Shown here: one piece after another, positions 47,862 through 58,290 of the stretch
Layout of the letters: the number at the start of each line of letters is the position of its first letter
How positions within the stretch are numbered: the first letter of the stretch is position 1
Assembly: GCA_958296135.2 (NCBI GenBank)
Contig: CATQHZ020000001.1
Span: 3,936,001 to 4,000,000, forward strand
DNA length: 64,000 nucleotides
Direction: 5' to 3'
Source: an uncultured Poribacteria bacterium
GTDB lineage: Bacteria > Poribacteria > WGA-4E > WGA-3G
Program-made: the position numbers and the translations under genes
The notes under the pieces: generated by a model
Told to the model about the DNA's origin: nothing
Database searches by the model: none
Seen by the model: only the letters and a program-made list of their open reading frames with translations

Positions 47862-50800
47862 ATGAGAAAGTCTCTTGTATACCTCATGCTCATTTTTCTC
47901 TCGGTGGGCGCACTTACAAAGCCCGCCCACGGGGAGGAAAGTAATGCCCCATGGCAGTGCGGCACCCCTTTGCTGATTGCGCAATCTGAGACTGCCAGAG
48001 CGCTTTTACTAAACGTAGGCCAGCAGCCCGTCCCCAATCATCACCTACCGGCAAACGAAATCAAGACCGGAAGGGCCCACCTACTGCAACCTGCCCCCGC
48101 AGCACCTGTCCAACTCGGACAGATAGACCGGTTTTTTATTCACATCCCAGAGATGGAAGTGAAAGCCACCTGCATCGCGATAGGCGAACACCTCTACGTC
48201 TACGTTGAAAACTCGGTGCGGCACCTGCTCACGAATCGGGAAGCGGTAGCCATCGCAGCGGAGTTTGACGCACGCATCTATCCCGAAGTCCGCAAGCGGA
48301 TGGGCTCTGAATTCCGACCGGGGCTTGACAGAGACAACCGCATCACGCTGTTGATGCACGATGTCGGCATGAACGCCTCCGGACGCGATTATGGCGGCTA
48401 TTTCGCACCGGCAGATCAGCTCCCAACAGCACACAATAGCAATCGGCGTGAGATGCTGTTCATGGACATCTATCAGTTCCGGGAACGCACACGACACACC
48501 TTTTACAGCAGTCTCGCACACGAATTCGGACATCTCGTTAACTGGTTTCAGAACGGCGGCACCACCGATCAGCGGTGGCTAGAGGAAGGCATCGCCTGCT
48601 TTGCCGAGTGGGCGGTCTACGGTACTGTCCACACCATTTATGTCGACGGCTATCTCGCCGCCCCCGATGTTTCACTCACCTATGCCAACACCCCGAACGT
48701 CTATTACGGCGGCGCGTTCCTGATGCTGCTCTACCTCTATGAGCAATACGGCGGCGCGCCCCTCATCCGCCGAATTGTGGAAGCGGATGCCCTCGGCCAA
48801 CAAGCGATTGAGAACGCGTTAGCCACCACGCAATCTACAGCAGGGCGAGGCACAGGTTTCCCGCGCCCCACGGGCACAACACGGACTTTTGCCGATGTCT
48901 TTCTGAACTGGGGACTCGCGAATTGGCTCAACGATAACACGCGCACCAAACAGTTTGGTTATCAAAACCTGCGTAACCGGAAGGTCACGGCTACCGTCCA
49001 GCGTGTCCGAAGTTACCCAATTTCTGCCGACACTATCCCGATTAAAACCTGGGGGGCGCACTACATCCTGTTCCAAAATCTGCCAGAGACGCTGGAAATC
49101 GCACTCAGCGGAAACGAGGGAGGAAACCTCTATGCAGCGGCACTCTATTTGCCAGCCGCTGCCCCCGCGCGCTTACAAAACGCGCCCACCCAGATTGCGT
49201 TTGATGCACAAAATAACGGAAAGACCCGGGTTGAAGGCTTACAACGAAACGGACAAATTATCCTGACAGTAACAGCAGACGCACCACAAACACTCCGATA
49301 TGTTGCAGTAGGAGAAACCCCTGCTCCCGAATTGCCCCTAGTCGGCGAACCGAGGCAACCGACTCAATCACGCGGTGAACCGCAAACCGTCACCTTCTCC
49401 CTCGGCAACCGAACGCAACCGAGCGCGAAGAAAACCAACGTATCCTATATCCTTGAACCGATGACGCAGCTCCATCTCGCCAGCGACTATCACGATATCG
49501 CGCTTCACGAGGCCACAACCGGCGAACCTTATCTCTATGCAGCCAGCGATTGGGGATTAGAAATCTTCGCGCTCATGGATGCGGGTAACCCTGTCCGCGT
49601 CGGTGAAATCGCAACGCCGAGGAAGGCTCAGGCGGTGGCAGTGAATGGCAACACGGCCTATGTCGCCGATGGAGAGGGCGGCGTGCATCTCATCGCTATC
49701 AATTCGCCGCCTGCACCGAGAATTGTCAAAACGCTCGGCGGCTTCACCGACGCGCGCAAGGTTCACATCGTCGCTGGAAAGGTTTATGTGCTGGATAGCG
49801 AACGCGGGCTACTCGTTTTTAACCAACCCGATACGCTGAACGTTCCAACGCCGAGGCCGCGCCGCTCCTTTAAAACCGCGGGCATGCCACTCCATATCTC
49901 CATTGCGGACGATGCCGTCTACCTAAGCGATAGCAGACAGGGACTTCACATTCTCAAACCGAGTCCCCTCGGCAACTTTGTAAGGGAAGCCGTTATTCCG
50001 CTCCTCGCGCACGATTTTGTCGTAACAGGAACAGGCACTGCCTATATCGCAGGCGGCAATCTCCGCGTCGTTGATTTCCAAGCCCAAGACGAAAATCCCC
50101 CTGCTCCTGTAGCGCGAGAACCTGTCCCGCGCGCGCGCCAGCCGGAAGTAATTGCAAGTCTGGGTACTCCCGGACTCGCCACCGGTATTCAGGTGGACAA
50201 CGGCACCGTTTATCTCACAGACCGGCAGGCAGGGCTGCACCTCATCAATGTCCGCAATCCTCAGCAACCGCAATGGATTTCTTCGCAACCCACGTTCGGA
50301 AATGCGAACGATGTTGCATTGTGGCGCGATTTCGCCTACATTGCCGATGGAAAAGGCGGCATCCAAACCATCGATGTCAGCACTCCGAACTCGCTGAAAT
50401 GGATACACCGCTACGCAGCCGATGGCCCGGCGTATGGACTTGATGTAGTTGTGCAGCCAAATGGAGAACGCACTGTCTACATCGCAAACGGCGCAGGCGG
50501 ATTGAAGACTGTGGTATTGACAACGCCTTATGAAGGCACCGTCACGCAGGCGTTGCCGCTTCCCGCGTCTGCCACGACAGCCCGCGTCGCGCTCGCACAA
50601 AGCGCGCACACGGATAATGGAAACCACTACGGCTTCATCGCAACCGAGACGGGGATGTCTGTCGTTGATTTAGCAGGCAACACGCTTGTGACGCACATCC
50701 CCACAGAGAACCCTGTTATGGACATCGCGCTCCATGAAGGCTACGCCTACCTCTGCGCCGAATCCCTCATCATCGTTGCGCTTGATAGGTTTGTCACTAT

Positions 50801-51623
50801 CGCCGAACGTGATATGCGCGGCAGTGCCTATCGGATTGCGGTTGACGGTTCACACGCCTACGTTGCCGCCCTAGAAGGAGGAATGCACATTTTTGACATT
50901 ACCGAACCCGCGATGCCGCGCCGCGTCTCCAGTTACGCCACGCAAGGCAACGCGACTGAAATTGCACCCGCATCGGAACGCGCGTATCTGTTGGACAGCC
51001 GCGTCGGCGTTGTCGTGCTAGATGTCACCGAACCAGACAAACCGAGACAGGTGGGACACTACGCAAACGCCGCGCTCCCCATCGATGCCAAAGTGCATGA
51101 AGACGCTCTCTATCTCCTAGACAGCGAGAGCCTTCAGATTATTGAAACGCACACGCTGACAGCCATCTCACGTTTTGAGGGACTCCGCTACCCCTTTGAA
51201 TTTAAACTTGTAGATACCGCCATCTACGTCGCCGATCTGTATCAGTTGCGCGTTTTTCAGGTGCATCCGCACCGCTTCGGGCTCGCCGTAGAGGATGAAT
51301 CGCAGTTTGCTGTAGAACAGGAACAAGCACCTTCATCGTCCGACGGTGTGTTTCACCTAGGGCAGAACTTCCCGAATCCGTTCAATCCGGAGACGTGGAT
51401 TCCATATCAACTCGCCGCCGCGGCGCATGTCACATTGTCCATTTACGACGCGGGAGGTAGGCGCGTCCATGTCAAGGTAGCTGGACATCAGCGTGCCGGC
51501 GCGCATACGGCGTATTGGGATGGCAGGAATGCTACCGGCGAACCTGTGGCAAGCGGCATCTATTTCTATACCATTGAGGCGGGGCATTTCCGCGCAACGC
51601 GGAAAATGTTTATCCAACGGTAA
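47862..51623 (+). CDS. Large secreted protein: M30-like Zn peptidase + LVIVD repeats + T9SS-type-A/FlgD-Ig-like C-terminal domain
   Basis: GGYF, LAHEFGHL, WLEEG; repeated AYVADGxGG..IDV; C-terminal LGQNFPNPFNPETWIPYQL...WDGRN..GEPVASGIYFY. Confidence 0.8.
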   Translation: MRKSLVYLMLIFLSVGALTKPAHGEESNAPWQCGTPLLIAQSETARALLLNVGQQPVPNHHLPANEIKTGRAHLLQPAPAAPVQLGQIDRFFIHIPEMEVKATCIAIGEHLYVYVENSVRHLLTNREAVAIAAEFDARIYPEVRKRMGSEFRPGLDRDNRITLLMHDVGMNASGRDYGGYFAPADQLPTAHNSNRREMLFMDIYQFRERTRHTFYSSLAHEFGHLVNWFQNGGTTDQRWLEEGIACFAEWAVYGTVHTIYVDGYLAAPDVSLTYANTPNVYYGGAFLMLLYLYEQYGGAPLIRRIVEADALGQQAIENALATTQSTAGRGTGFPRPTGTTRTFADVFLNWGLANWLNDNTRTKQFGYQNLRNRKVTATVQRVRSYPISADTIPIKTWGAHYILFQNLPETLEIALSGNEGGNLYAAALYLPAAAPARLQNAPTQIAFDAQNNGKTRVEGLQRNGQIILTVTADAPQTLRYVAVGETPAPELPLVGEPRQPTQSRGEPQTVTFSLGNRTQPSAKKTNVSYILEPMTQLHLASDYHDIALHEATTGEPYLYAASDWGLEIFALMDAGNPVRVGEIATPRKAQAVAVNGNTAYVADGEGGVHLIAINSPPAPRIVKTLGGFTDARKVHIVAGKVYVLDSERGLLVFNQPDTLNVPTPRPRRSFKTAGMPLHISIADDAVYLSDSRQGLHILKPSPLGNFVREAVIPLLAHDFVVTGTGTAYIAGGNLRVVDFQAQDENPPAPVAREPVPRARQPEVIASLGTPGLATGIQVDNGTVYLTDRQAGLHLINVRNPQQPQWISSQPTFGNANDVALWRDFAYIADGKGGIQTIDVSTPNSLKWIHRYAADGPAYGLDVVVQPNGERTVYIANGAGGLKTVVLTTPYEGTVTQALPLPASATTARVALAQSAHTDNGNHYGFIATETGMSVVDLAGNTLVTHIPTENPVMDIALHEGYAYLCAESLIIVALDRFVTIAERDMRGSAYRIAVDGSHAYVAALEGGMHIFDITEPAMPRRVSSYATQGNATEIAPASERAYLLDSRVGVVVLDVTEPDKPRQVGHYANAALPIDAKVHEDALYLLDSESLQIIETHTLTAISRFEGLRYPFEFKLVDTAIYVADLYQLRVFQVHPHRFGLAVEDESQFAVEQEQAPSSSDGVFHLGQNFPNPFNPETWIPYQLAAAAHVTLSIYDAGGRRVHVKVAGHQRAGAHTAYWDGRNATGEPVASGIYFYTIEAGHFRATRKMFIQR

Positions 51624-51921
51624 TTTTTCGTCCCTGAAAAATTGAATTCCTCTTGTTTTCAGAACGGACGCAAACGCCTAAAACACCCATCCGGTAAGCG
51701 CGTCCACGCGGTTTGTTCCGCGGAACTCCTATTTTGTAACCCAAACCTACAAAAAACGTTTTTCTATATAGTCAGGACGGAGGCAAAACCAGTCCGGTAG
51801 GAGCGATTTGCAACCGAACCCCTCCCTACCGCCGTCCTTCCGAAAAGCAAGAAACGTAAGAAACGCCTTGCAAACAACAGCAAGTCCGGGAGGACTGCAG
51901 TGTTTATAGGAGAACCATAAC

Positions 51922-53613
51922 ATGGCCACCAACAGCATAACCGGTCGTTTTCGAGACATCGAGGTATCCTTCAGTGCCAATGGCCCGCGAATTTTGATGA
52001 GCCTGGAAAATCTGGCCGCCCATGAGCGGAGCGTCCGCGTCATGTATCAACGGCTGCCTATCAGTGGGCGTGCAAATTGGACTGATTTTCACCTCACCGA
52101 CGAGAAGGAGTCCGCCGTTATGCCTACAGACGTAATGCAGGCGTATCGCCTGACCTTTTTCGTGGATGACGATGAACCGATTTCGACACACATCGAGAAG
52201 ATTGTCGAAGAATTGGAACGCCTCAGAAGCGAGGTACCGGAGCCGCAACCGGAGCCAGAACCCACTGCACCCGTTGCAGCAAATCAGGCGCGCGTCCCTA
52301 CACCCCCTATGGAAAGAGACGCAGACGAAAAACGCCCGGGGCCTGTCCCTCGCGCGCTTGCGGCTGTGCCGCAGGACGACGACGCAACTCCTGAACGCGC
52401 GGCAACGCCGCCTGTCGAAGAAGAGGCAGCATCTCTGAACCCTAGTGCGCCGGGATACCCCTCGCATGCCTCGCCAGTGGCAGAGGCACAAGTCACTAGC
52501 GAGCCCGAAGCCGTCCCACAGAGTGAACCCACAACAGTTCCCCAAAAGGGCGGACCGCGGGCGGCTGTGGAAGCCGCGGAGATTTCCAATTCGCGAGAGA
52601 CAGGTTCTCGCGATACGGTGGAACGGGCTGCCGCCCAGTTCAAAGAGGCGAGCGCGGCACTTGCCGCAAAGCCTGCCACGGTGAATCGGGTGGATACCCT
52701 GCAGGAAACGAACTTTGGGTTCCAGATTAGCATTCCATCGCTGCCGCCGAGTGCTATCGCAGCTCGGAAGAAAACACGGGCAGCCATCAGCATTGGAGCA
52801 ACATCACCAGTTGCCCCGGTGCAGAAGGGTGTCTTCGGGAACATCGTCCAAGTCCTAGGAATCTCCGCCGGTGGACGGCGGAACAAGGCATATTATCAGG
52901 AGGAAGGCGAACGCGTCCAGAACGAACTCCACGACAGAATTGCGAAGCTTGAGAAGGATTATGAAGATGGCTGCGGGCTCGTGCTGGAAAATTGGGATGC
53001 AGACACGCTCAGCCAAGAGGAAACCGCCGTGTTCCTCCTGAACCTGATGGTAAGCGAAATTGCCGCCTGGCGGAAAGAAGCGAAACAGGAGGCACTCGTT
53101 GAGACGCTCGCCGATATCGAAGCAACGCTCAAGCAGACGCTCAAACAGACGCGCGGCGCATCCGTACCGTCCCCCACGGTCTTCGCCGCCGGGCCCGTCG
53201 CTGATAATGAGCGCGACTTAGAGAAAATCCGGAACGAGTGTAACGGCTACATACAGGGGTTCACGAAGAAACTCGCGAATCTCGAGAAAAATCACGCCGC
53301 GAAGGTGGAGATCCTCCCCTTCAAAAAGTTCCTCGTGGAATTCGTGCGGGATGTGCTGTTTCTTAATGTAGCAAAATGCACGCATCCAGCCCCGGTGCCG
53401 AAGCGGCTCGGCTGGTTTCTGGAACTCATGGGGTACGAAGTGATGCCCATTGAGATTGGGGTGACGAAGGTATCAAGCCGACATCACAAACTGAAAGGCG
53501 CGAGCACCAGCGAGTTTGAATCCGGCACCATCATTGAAGTCATCACGCCGGGGTTGCAATCCACCGATGGACACCGCGTCATCCAGACAGCAGTCGTGAT
53601 TCAGAGCCAGTAG
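51922..53613 (+). CDS. Hypothetical protein with Pro/Glu-rich linker, coiled coils and GrpE-like C-terminal head
   Basis: AGGAG RBS; C-terminal HHKL...GTIIEVITPGLQ..DGHRVIQTAVV resembles the GrpE beta domain. Confidence 0.55.
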   Translation: MATNSITGRFRDIEVSFSANGPRILMSLENLAAHERSVRVMYQRLPISGRANWTDFHLTDEKESAVMPTDVMQAYRLTFFVDDDEPISTHIEKIVEELERLRSEVPEPQPEPEPTAPVAANQARVPTPPMERDADEKRPGPVPRALAAVPQDDDATPERAATPPVEEEAASLNPSAPGYPSHASPVAEAQVTSEPEAVPQSEPTTVPQKGGPRAAVEAAEISNSRETGSRDTVERAAAQFKEASAALAAKPATVNRVDTLQETNFGFQISIPSLPPSAIAARKKTRAAISIGATSPVAPVQKGVFGNIVQVLGISAGGRRNKAYYQEEGERVQNELHDRIAKLEKDYEDGCGLVLENWDADTLSQEETAVFLLNLMVSEIAAWRKEAKQEALVETLADIEATLKQTLKQTRGASVPSPTVFAAGPVADNERDLEKIRNECNGYIQGFTKKLANLEKNHAAKVEILPFKKFLVEFVRDVLFLNVAKCTHPAPVPKRLGWFLELMGYEVMPIEIGVTKVSSRHHKLKGASTSEFESGTIIEVITPGLQSTDGHRVIQTAVVIQSQ

Positions 53614-53768
53614 GTTTTTCCTCAAACGGCCCGAGAAACATAGCGCGGGGGCCAGGCCCCCGCGCTCGCCGAGGCACGGCGCGGGCCAAAAAATGAAGGA
53701 AATACCCGCGCCCCACGGGAAACCGCGACGATTTCAGAAATACCCCAATCTAATTAGGAACAAAAAAA

Positions 53769-54782
53769 ATGAAGACTCGCGAACAACTCATCTCGGCAAT
53801 CGCGCGGATGCCGCAGGTAGACATCGGGCACTTTCCGACACCACTCGAGGAATGCCCCCGCCTCTCCGACGCACTCGGCGGCCCGCGCATTTTCATGAAG
53901 CGCGAAGATTGCTCCGGCTTGGCGTTTGGCGGCAACAAAGTCCGTCAACTCACTTTCACCATCGGCGACGGTGTCCATCAAGGCGCGGATACGATTGTTC
54001 ACGGGGCCGCCTCGCAATCAAACCACTGCCGCCAAACCGCCGCAGCCTGCGGAAAACTGGGACTCCACTGCTACCTGCGCCTCGCCCGCGACCACAAGAG
54101 CATCCCCCAAGGGAATTTATTGTTAGATCAGCTGGCAGGCGCGGACGTGGAAATTGTCGATGTCCCCTTCGGCCCTGAGTTAGATGAACTGAAATTCGCA
54201 CTCGCCGATGAATTGCGCGCGCAGGGGTTGAAGCCTTACGTTGTAGCATCGCCGCGCTCCACGGCACTCGCAGCGGTTGCATTCGCGTGGTGCATCGCCG
54301 AGATTCACGAACAGCAGGAACGCTTGGGCATTGACGCAGACTGGATTTACACCTCGTCTGTCGGTGGCACACAAGCAGGCTTGGTGCTTGGCACGAAGGC
54401 ACTCGGCATGAAATTGAAACCGTTCGGCTGCGCGCCGATTCAATGGGAAGGCAAACTAGAGCGGATGAGCAGCGCCGCCAACACCGCAGCAGAACTGATA
54501 GGACTTGTTAATACACACGTATCCCACGCGGACATCCAGAACACGGACGACTACATCGGCGAGGCATACGGCTACCTCACGCCAGAGTGTATCGCCGCAC
54601 TGAAACTTGTTGCCAACACCGAGGGCATATTTCTAGACCCGGTTTACACAGCGAAGGCGATGGCGTGCTTGATTGAGCACATCCGAGAGGGACACATCGG
54701 TGCCGATGAAACGGTAATCTTCCTGCACACGGGCGGCACACCCGCGATATTTGCGTATCATGAAGAGTTGCTCGCAGAATAA
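53769..54782 (+). CDS. D-cysteine desulfhydrase / ACC deaminase family PLP enzyme
   Basis: PTPLE, KREDCSGLAFGGNKVR, QSNH, GTQAGL, EGIFLDPVYTAKA, FLHTGG. Confidence 0.9.
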   Translation: MKTREQLISAIARMPQVDIGHFPTPLEECPRLSDALGGPRIFMKREDCSGLAFGGNKVRQLTFTIGDGVHQGADTIVHGAASQSNHCRQTAAACGKLGLHCYLRLARDHKSIPQGNLLLDQLAGADVEIVDVPFGPELDELKFALADELRAQGLKPYVVASPRSTALAAVAFAWCIAEIHEQQERLGIDADWIYTSSVGGTQAGLVLGTKALGMKLKPFGCAPIQWEGKLERMSSAANTAAELIGLVNTHVSHADIQNTDDYIGEAYGYLTPECIAALKLVANTEGIFLDPVYTAKAMACLIEHIREGHIGADETVIFLHTGGTPAIFAYHEELLAE

Positions 54783-55016
54783 AACACCTCCAGCTCCAAC
54801 GTCATTTAGTATGACGCAAATTTTGAAATTGTGTTATGATATGCACAGAAAGGACGCAGTTGCTGAGGAAAACGGCACGGCGAGGGCCAAAAACGAAGGA
54901 AATCCCCACCCCTCGCTCTACGGTGATATGAATAGCTGCGCGAGAGCACAAGGCGCGCGCTTAGATACAAATCAGAAACGCATCCGCCACGCCATCATGC
55001 AGACGAGGAGAAACTT

Positions 55017-55685
55017 ATGGAACGTTTGGATAGTCTTCATCCATCAATTAACGATTACCTACACAACATTATTCCCGCGCGCGACGCGGTGCTAACGGAA
55101 ATGGAGGCATACGCACGCGAACGCCGGTTCCCGATTGTCGGGCCGCTCGTCGGGCGCGTGCTGCATCAGTTAGTGCTACTGACAAACCCAACGCGGATTT
55201 TCGAGATGGGCTCCGGCTTCGGCTACTCAGCGTACTGGATGGCGAAAGCATTGCGAGAACCGGACGCGTCTATCATCTGCACCGATGGCTCACAGGAGAA
55301 CGCAGACCGGGCGGCGGCGTATCTCGCCCGCGGCGGTGTGGCAGAACGCATCGATTACCGCGTCGGCAACGCACTCGAAATCATCGATGAAACCGAAGGT
55401 GAGTTTGACATTATCTACAACGACATCGACAAAGACGGATATCCCGAAGCCTTTCGCAAGGCAATCCCACGCCTCAGGAGCGGCGGATTGTTTGTGACAG
55501 ACAACATGCTGTGGATGGGGCGCGTCGTCAAGGATGTACCCGACATCGCACCGGAAGAGGAGCAGTGGCTGCACAAAGCCACGCTCGGTGTGAAAGAATT
55601 AACGCGGCTCCTTTATAGTTCGCCTGAGGTGTTCACGACGATTATTCCGCTTCGCGACGGCATTTCAGTCGCCGTGAAACGCTGA
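55017..55685 (+). CDS. O-methyltransferase (class I SAM-dependent)
   Basis: FEMGSGFGYS, FDIIYNDIDK, GGLFVTDNMLW, RDG. Confidence 0.9.
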   Translation: MERLDSLHPSINDYLHNIIPARDAVLTEMEAYARERRFPIVGPLVGRVLHQLVLLTNPTRIFEMGSGFGYSAYWMAKALREPDASIICTDGSQENADRAAAYLARGGVAERIDYRVGNALEIIDETEGEFDIIYNDIDKDGYPEAFRKAIPRLRSGGLFVTDNMLWMGRVVKDVPDIAPEEEQWLHKATLGVKELTRLLYSSPEVFTTIIPLRDGISVAVKR

Positions 55686-55758
55686 TTCAACAGAGATACG
55701 CGAAACACTCTCCGTAGGCACGGCAACAAACCGAGACTACCGGCAAAGGCATATACCG

Positions 55759-56985
55759 ATGCTATTTCGCTTTTCGCTCTACGGCTTCCTAAAAAATCAA
55801 CGCTACTATGACGCGTTTCTGATTTTAGCGTTTCGGGAGAAAGGGCTCTCCTTCTTCCAAATAGGCCTCCTCATCGGGTTTCGGGAAGTCTGCACCAATC
55901 TCTTTGAAATCCCCTCCGGCGCAATAGCAGACCTTTACGGCCGCCGCCGCGCGATGATATTTTCCTTCGTTGCCTATATCGCCTCCTTCGCAACGTTCGC
56001 GCTGAGCGAGTCAATATTTCTGCTTTTCGGCGGGATGTTCTTCTTCGGATTGGGGGATGCATTCCGAAGCGGCACACACAAGGCGATGATTTTCGACTGG
56101 CTGCGGTTGCAGGGCAGATCGGACGAGAAGACGAAAGTTTACGGCTACACCCGCTCCTGGTCGCAGATGGGCTCGGCGGTTTCTGTCCTCATCGCGGGGG
56201 CCCTCGTCTTCTATCGCGGTAACTTCACCGACATCTTCTGGTTCTCAATTGTCCCTTACGCATTCAACATCGTCAACTTCTTCGGTTACCCAGCGGTGTT
56301 AGACGGCGACAGGAAAAGCGAGTTTTCCTTCAAAGCCGTTACGACGCTCCTGGGGAAAGCGTTGAAGCAATCCGTTCAATTTCCGCCTTTGCGCCGATTG
56401 GTTTTTGAGGGAATGGGATTTGAGGGGATGTTCAAGGCGAGCAAAGACTATCTCCAGCCGATTCTCAAGCAAACCGCGGTCGCGCTGCCTTTGCTTTTAA
56501 TGCTCGATGAATCGAAGCGGACAGCGTTGTTGGTGGCAGGCGTTTATTTCGTGCTCCATTTCCTTTCCTCCTTCGCCTCCCGAAATTCACACCGAGTCAC
56601 GGAATGGCAAGGTAGCGATGAAGGGGCGGCACGGTTGATGTGGTGGGTAGATTTAGGGCTCTTCGCGCTTTTAATTCCGGCGTTATGGTTCGTCGGGTAT
56701 CCCGCCATTATCGCGCTTTTCGTCGGTTTGGCAATCCTGCAGAATTTCTGGCGGCCGGTGCTGATAAGCCGTTTCAACGCGCACTCCACACCAGAGATGA
56801 GTGCGACAGTGCTTTCTATTGAAGCGCAGTCCAAATCGCTAGCCACGATTGTCCTCGCGCCACTGCTCGGTTGGCTAGTTGATGTGGTGGGTGGATTCTG
56901 GCCGGTGGGTGTTGTCGGGACGTTGATTGCTGTCGTCATTCTTCTCGTATACCGAAACAGGGATATCATCGAACAAACGCCCTAG
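55759..56985 (+). CDS. MFS transporter
   Basis: EIPSGAIADLYGRR motif A, FRSGT, multiple TM segments. Confidence 0.85.
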   Translation: MLFRFSLYGFLKNQRYYDAFLILAFREKGLSFFQIGLLIGFREVCTNLFEIPSGAIADLYGRRRAMIFSFVAYIASFATFALSESIFLLFGGMFFFGLGDAFRSGTHKAMIFDWLRLQGRSDEKTKVYGYTRSWSQMGSAVSVLIAGALVFYRGNFTDIFWFSIVPYAFNIVNFFGYPAVLDGDRKSEFSFKAVTTLLGKALKQSVQFPPLRRLVFEGMGFEGMFKASKDYLQPILKQTAVALPLLLMLDESKRTALLVAGVYFVLHFLSSFASRNSHRVTEWQGSDEGAARLMWWVDLGLFALLIPALWFVGYPAIIALFVGLAILQNFWRPVLISRFNAHSTPEMSATVLSIEAQSKSLATIVLAPLLGWLVDVVGGFWPVGVVGTLIAVVILLVYRNRDIIEQTP

Positions 56986-57013
56986 GCGCGCTTTGGAAGC
57001 GCGCCGCCTCGTC

Positions 57014-57619
57014 TCACGCCTTCTGTGCTACCATGCTTGCAAGGATACCGAGGATTTTGTCGCAACGCTCCAGCGTGTAAACCATCATATCGATGTAGAG
57101 CTTCTGCCCCTCCAATTTCAGAAACCGCCAATTGATGCCTGTCGTCGTGGCACCGTAAACACACGGGATGTCATTCAGTTTGTCGGCATTAAAGCGTTGC
57201 GCCGCCACCATCTCTGCAGCACATTGCCCCAAGCCCACCTCCAAGTTATCGTCTTTTGCCTCTACCAGAATGATGGCGGGGGCTTCTAAAGAAAATTGCC
57301 ACGGCGACAAACTGATGAGAAAATCACACACGCCTGTCAAATCGTCTCCAGTATCAACGGTGAAATTAATGCCCGAAAAAAGACTGACGCGGTGCTCAAA
57401 ATGCTCGCGGAGCTCAATAAGAATCTGGGCAACGATCATTTCCGACTTCGCTTTTTCCGTGCCGATGGCAGCGGCTAACCACACATTTCTCGCCAATAAC
57501 GTCGTCAGAAATGCGCTCGGTTCCACCGGCCCGAGTTCTGAAAAAATGCCCTCAGCGTTAATCCGTTCTAATTGAAACGCTTCCCGCACCGTATCTATGG
57601 TAAAGTCGCTATATGCCAT
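57014..57619 (-). CDS. PD-(D/E)XK-like hypothetical protein, tandem paralog 1
   Basis: MAYSDFTI...TEKAKSE...LTGVCDFL...VEAKDD...GLGQC..EMVAAQRFN; 606 nt. Confidence 0.75.
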   Translation of the reverse strand: MAYSDFTIDTVREAFQLERINAEGIFSELGPVEPSAFLTTLLARNVWLAAAIGTEKAKSEMIVAQILIELREHFEHRVSLFSGINFTVDTGDDLTGVCDFLISLSPWQFSLEAPAIILVEAKDDNLEVGLGQCAAEMVAAQRFNADKLNDIPCVYGATTTGINWRFLKLEGQKLYIDMMVYTLERCDKILGILASMVAQKA

Positions 57620-57657
57620 GATGAGAAAACCTCCGTTGTTCGGCTCGCGCAGGCAGC

Positions 57658-58263
57658 TCACGCCTTCTGTGCTACCATGCTGGCAAGGATGCCGAGGATT
57701 TTGTCGCACTGCGCCAGTGGGTAGACAGTCATGTCAATAGAGAGTGTCTTTCCCTCCAATTTCAGGAACAGCCAATCGATGCCGGACGTAGTCGCTCCAT
57801 AGATACACGGAATGTCATTCCCGTGTTCGGCATTAAAGCGTTGCGCCCCCACCATCTCCGCAACGCACTGCCCCAGCCCAACTGTCAGAGCGTCCTTTTT
57901 TGCTTCCACGAGGACGATGACAGGAGCCTCCAATTCAAACTGCTCTGGCGACAGACTCACTAAGAAATCACACACGCCGGTGAGTTTTGCCTCGACATCC
58001 ACGGTGAAATCAATCCCCGAAAAAAAACTGATGCGCTGTTCAAAGTGCTCCCAGAGTTCAAACAAGACTTCGGAGACAATCAGTTCCGACTTCGCTTTCT
58101 CGGTGGCAATCGCGATAGCCAACGGTGCCTTTTTTGTCAGAGCCCTGGCGAGGGCTTCACTCGGTTCCACTGGCTCTATTTCAGAAAAGAGTCCGATAGC
58201 CCGGACTGTTTCTAAGCCAAACGCTTTCCGGACTGTCACTAACGTAAAGTTGCTATATGGCAT
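57658..58263 (-). CDS. PD-(D/E)XK-like hypothetical protein, tandem paralog 2
   Basis: MPYSNFTL... same motifs, VEAKKD; 606 nt. Confidence 0.75.
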   Translation of the reverse strand: MPYSNFTLVTVRKAFGLETVRAIGLFSEIEPVEPSEALARALTKKAPLAIAIATEKAKSELIVSEVLFELWEHFEQRISFFSGIDFTVDVEAKLTGVCDFLVSLSPEQFELEAPVIVLVEAKKDALTVGLGQCVAEMVGAQRFNAEHGNDIPCIYGATTSGIDWLFLKLEGKTLSIDMTVYPLAQCDKILGILASMVAQKA

Positions 58264-58290
58264 GATGAGAAATCTCCTGTGTAGCGTGCC

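Noticed and set aside
51630-51915. Riboswitch or ncRNA upstream of the GrpE-like gene
   Set aside because: Contains REP-like fragments and short A-rich repeats, but no recognisable conserved RNA motif.
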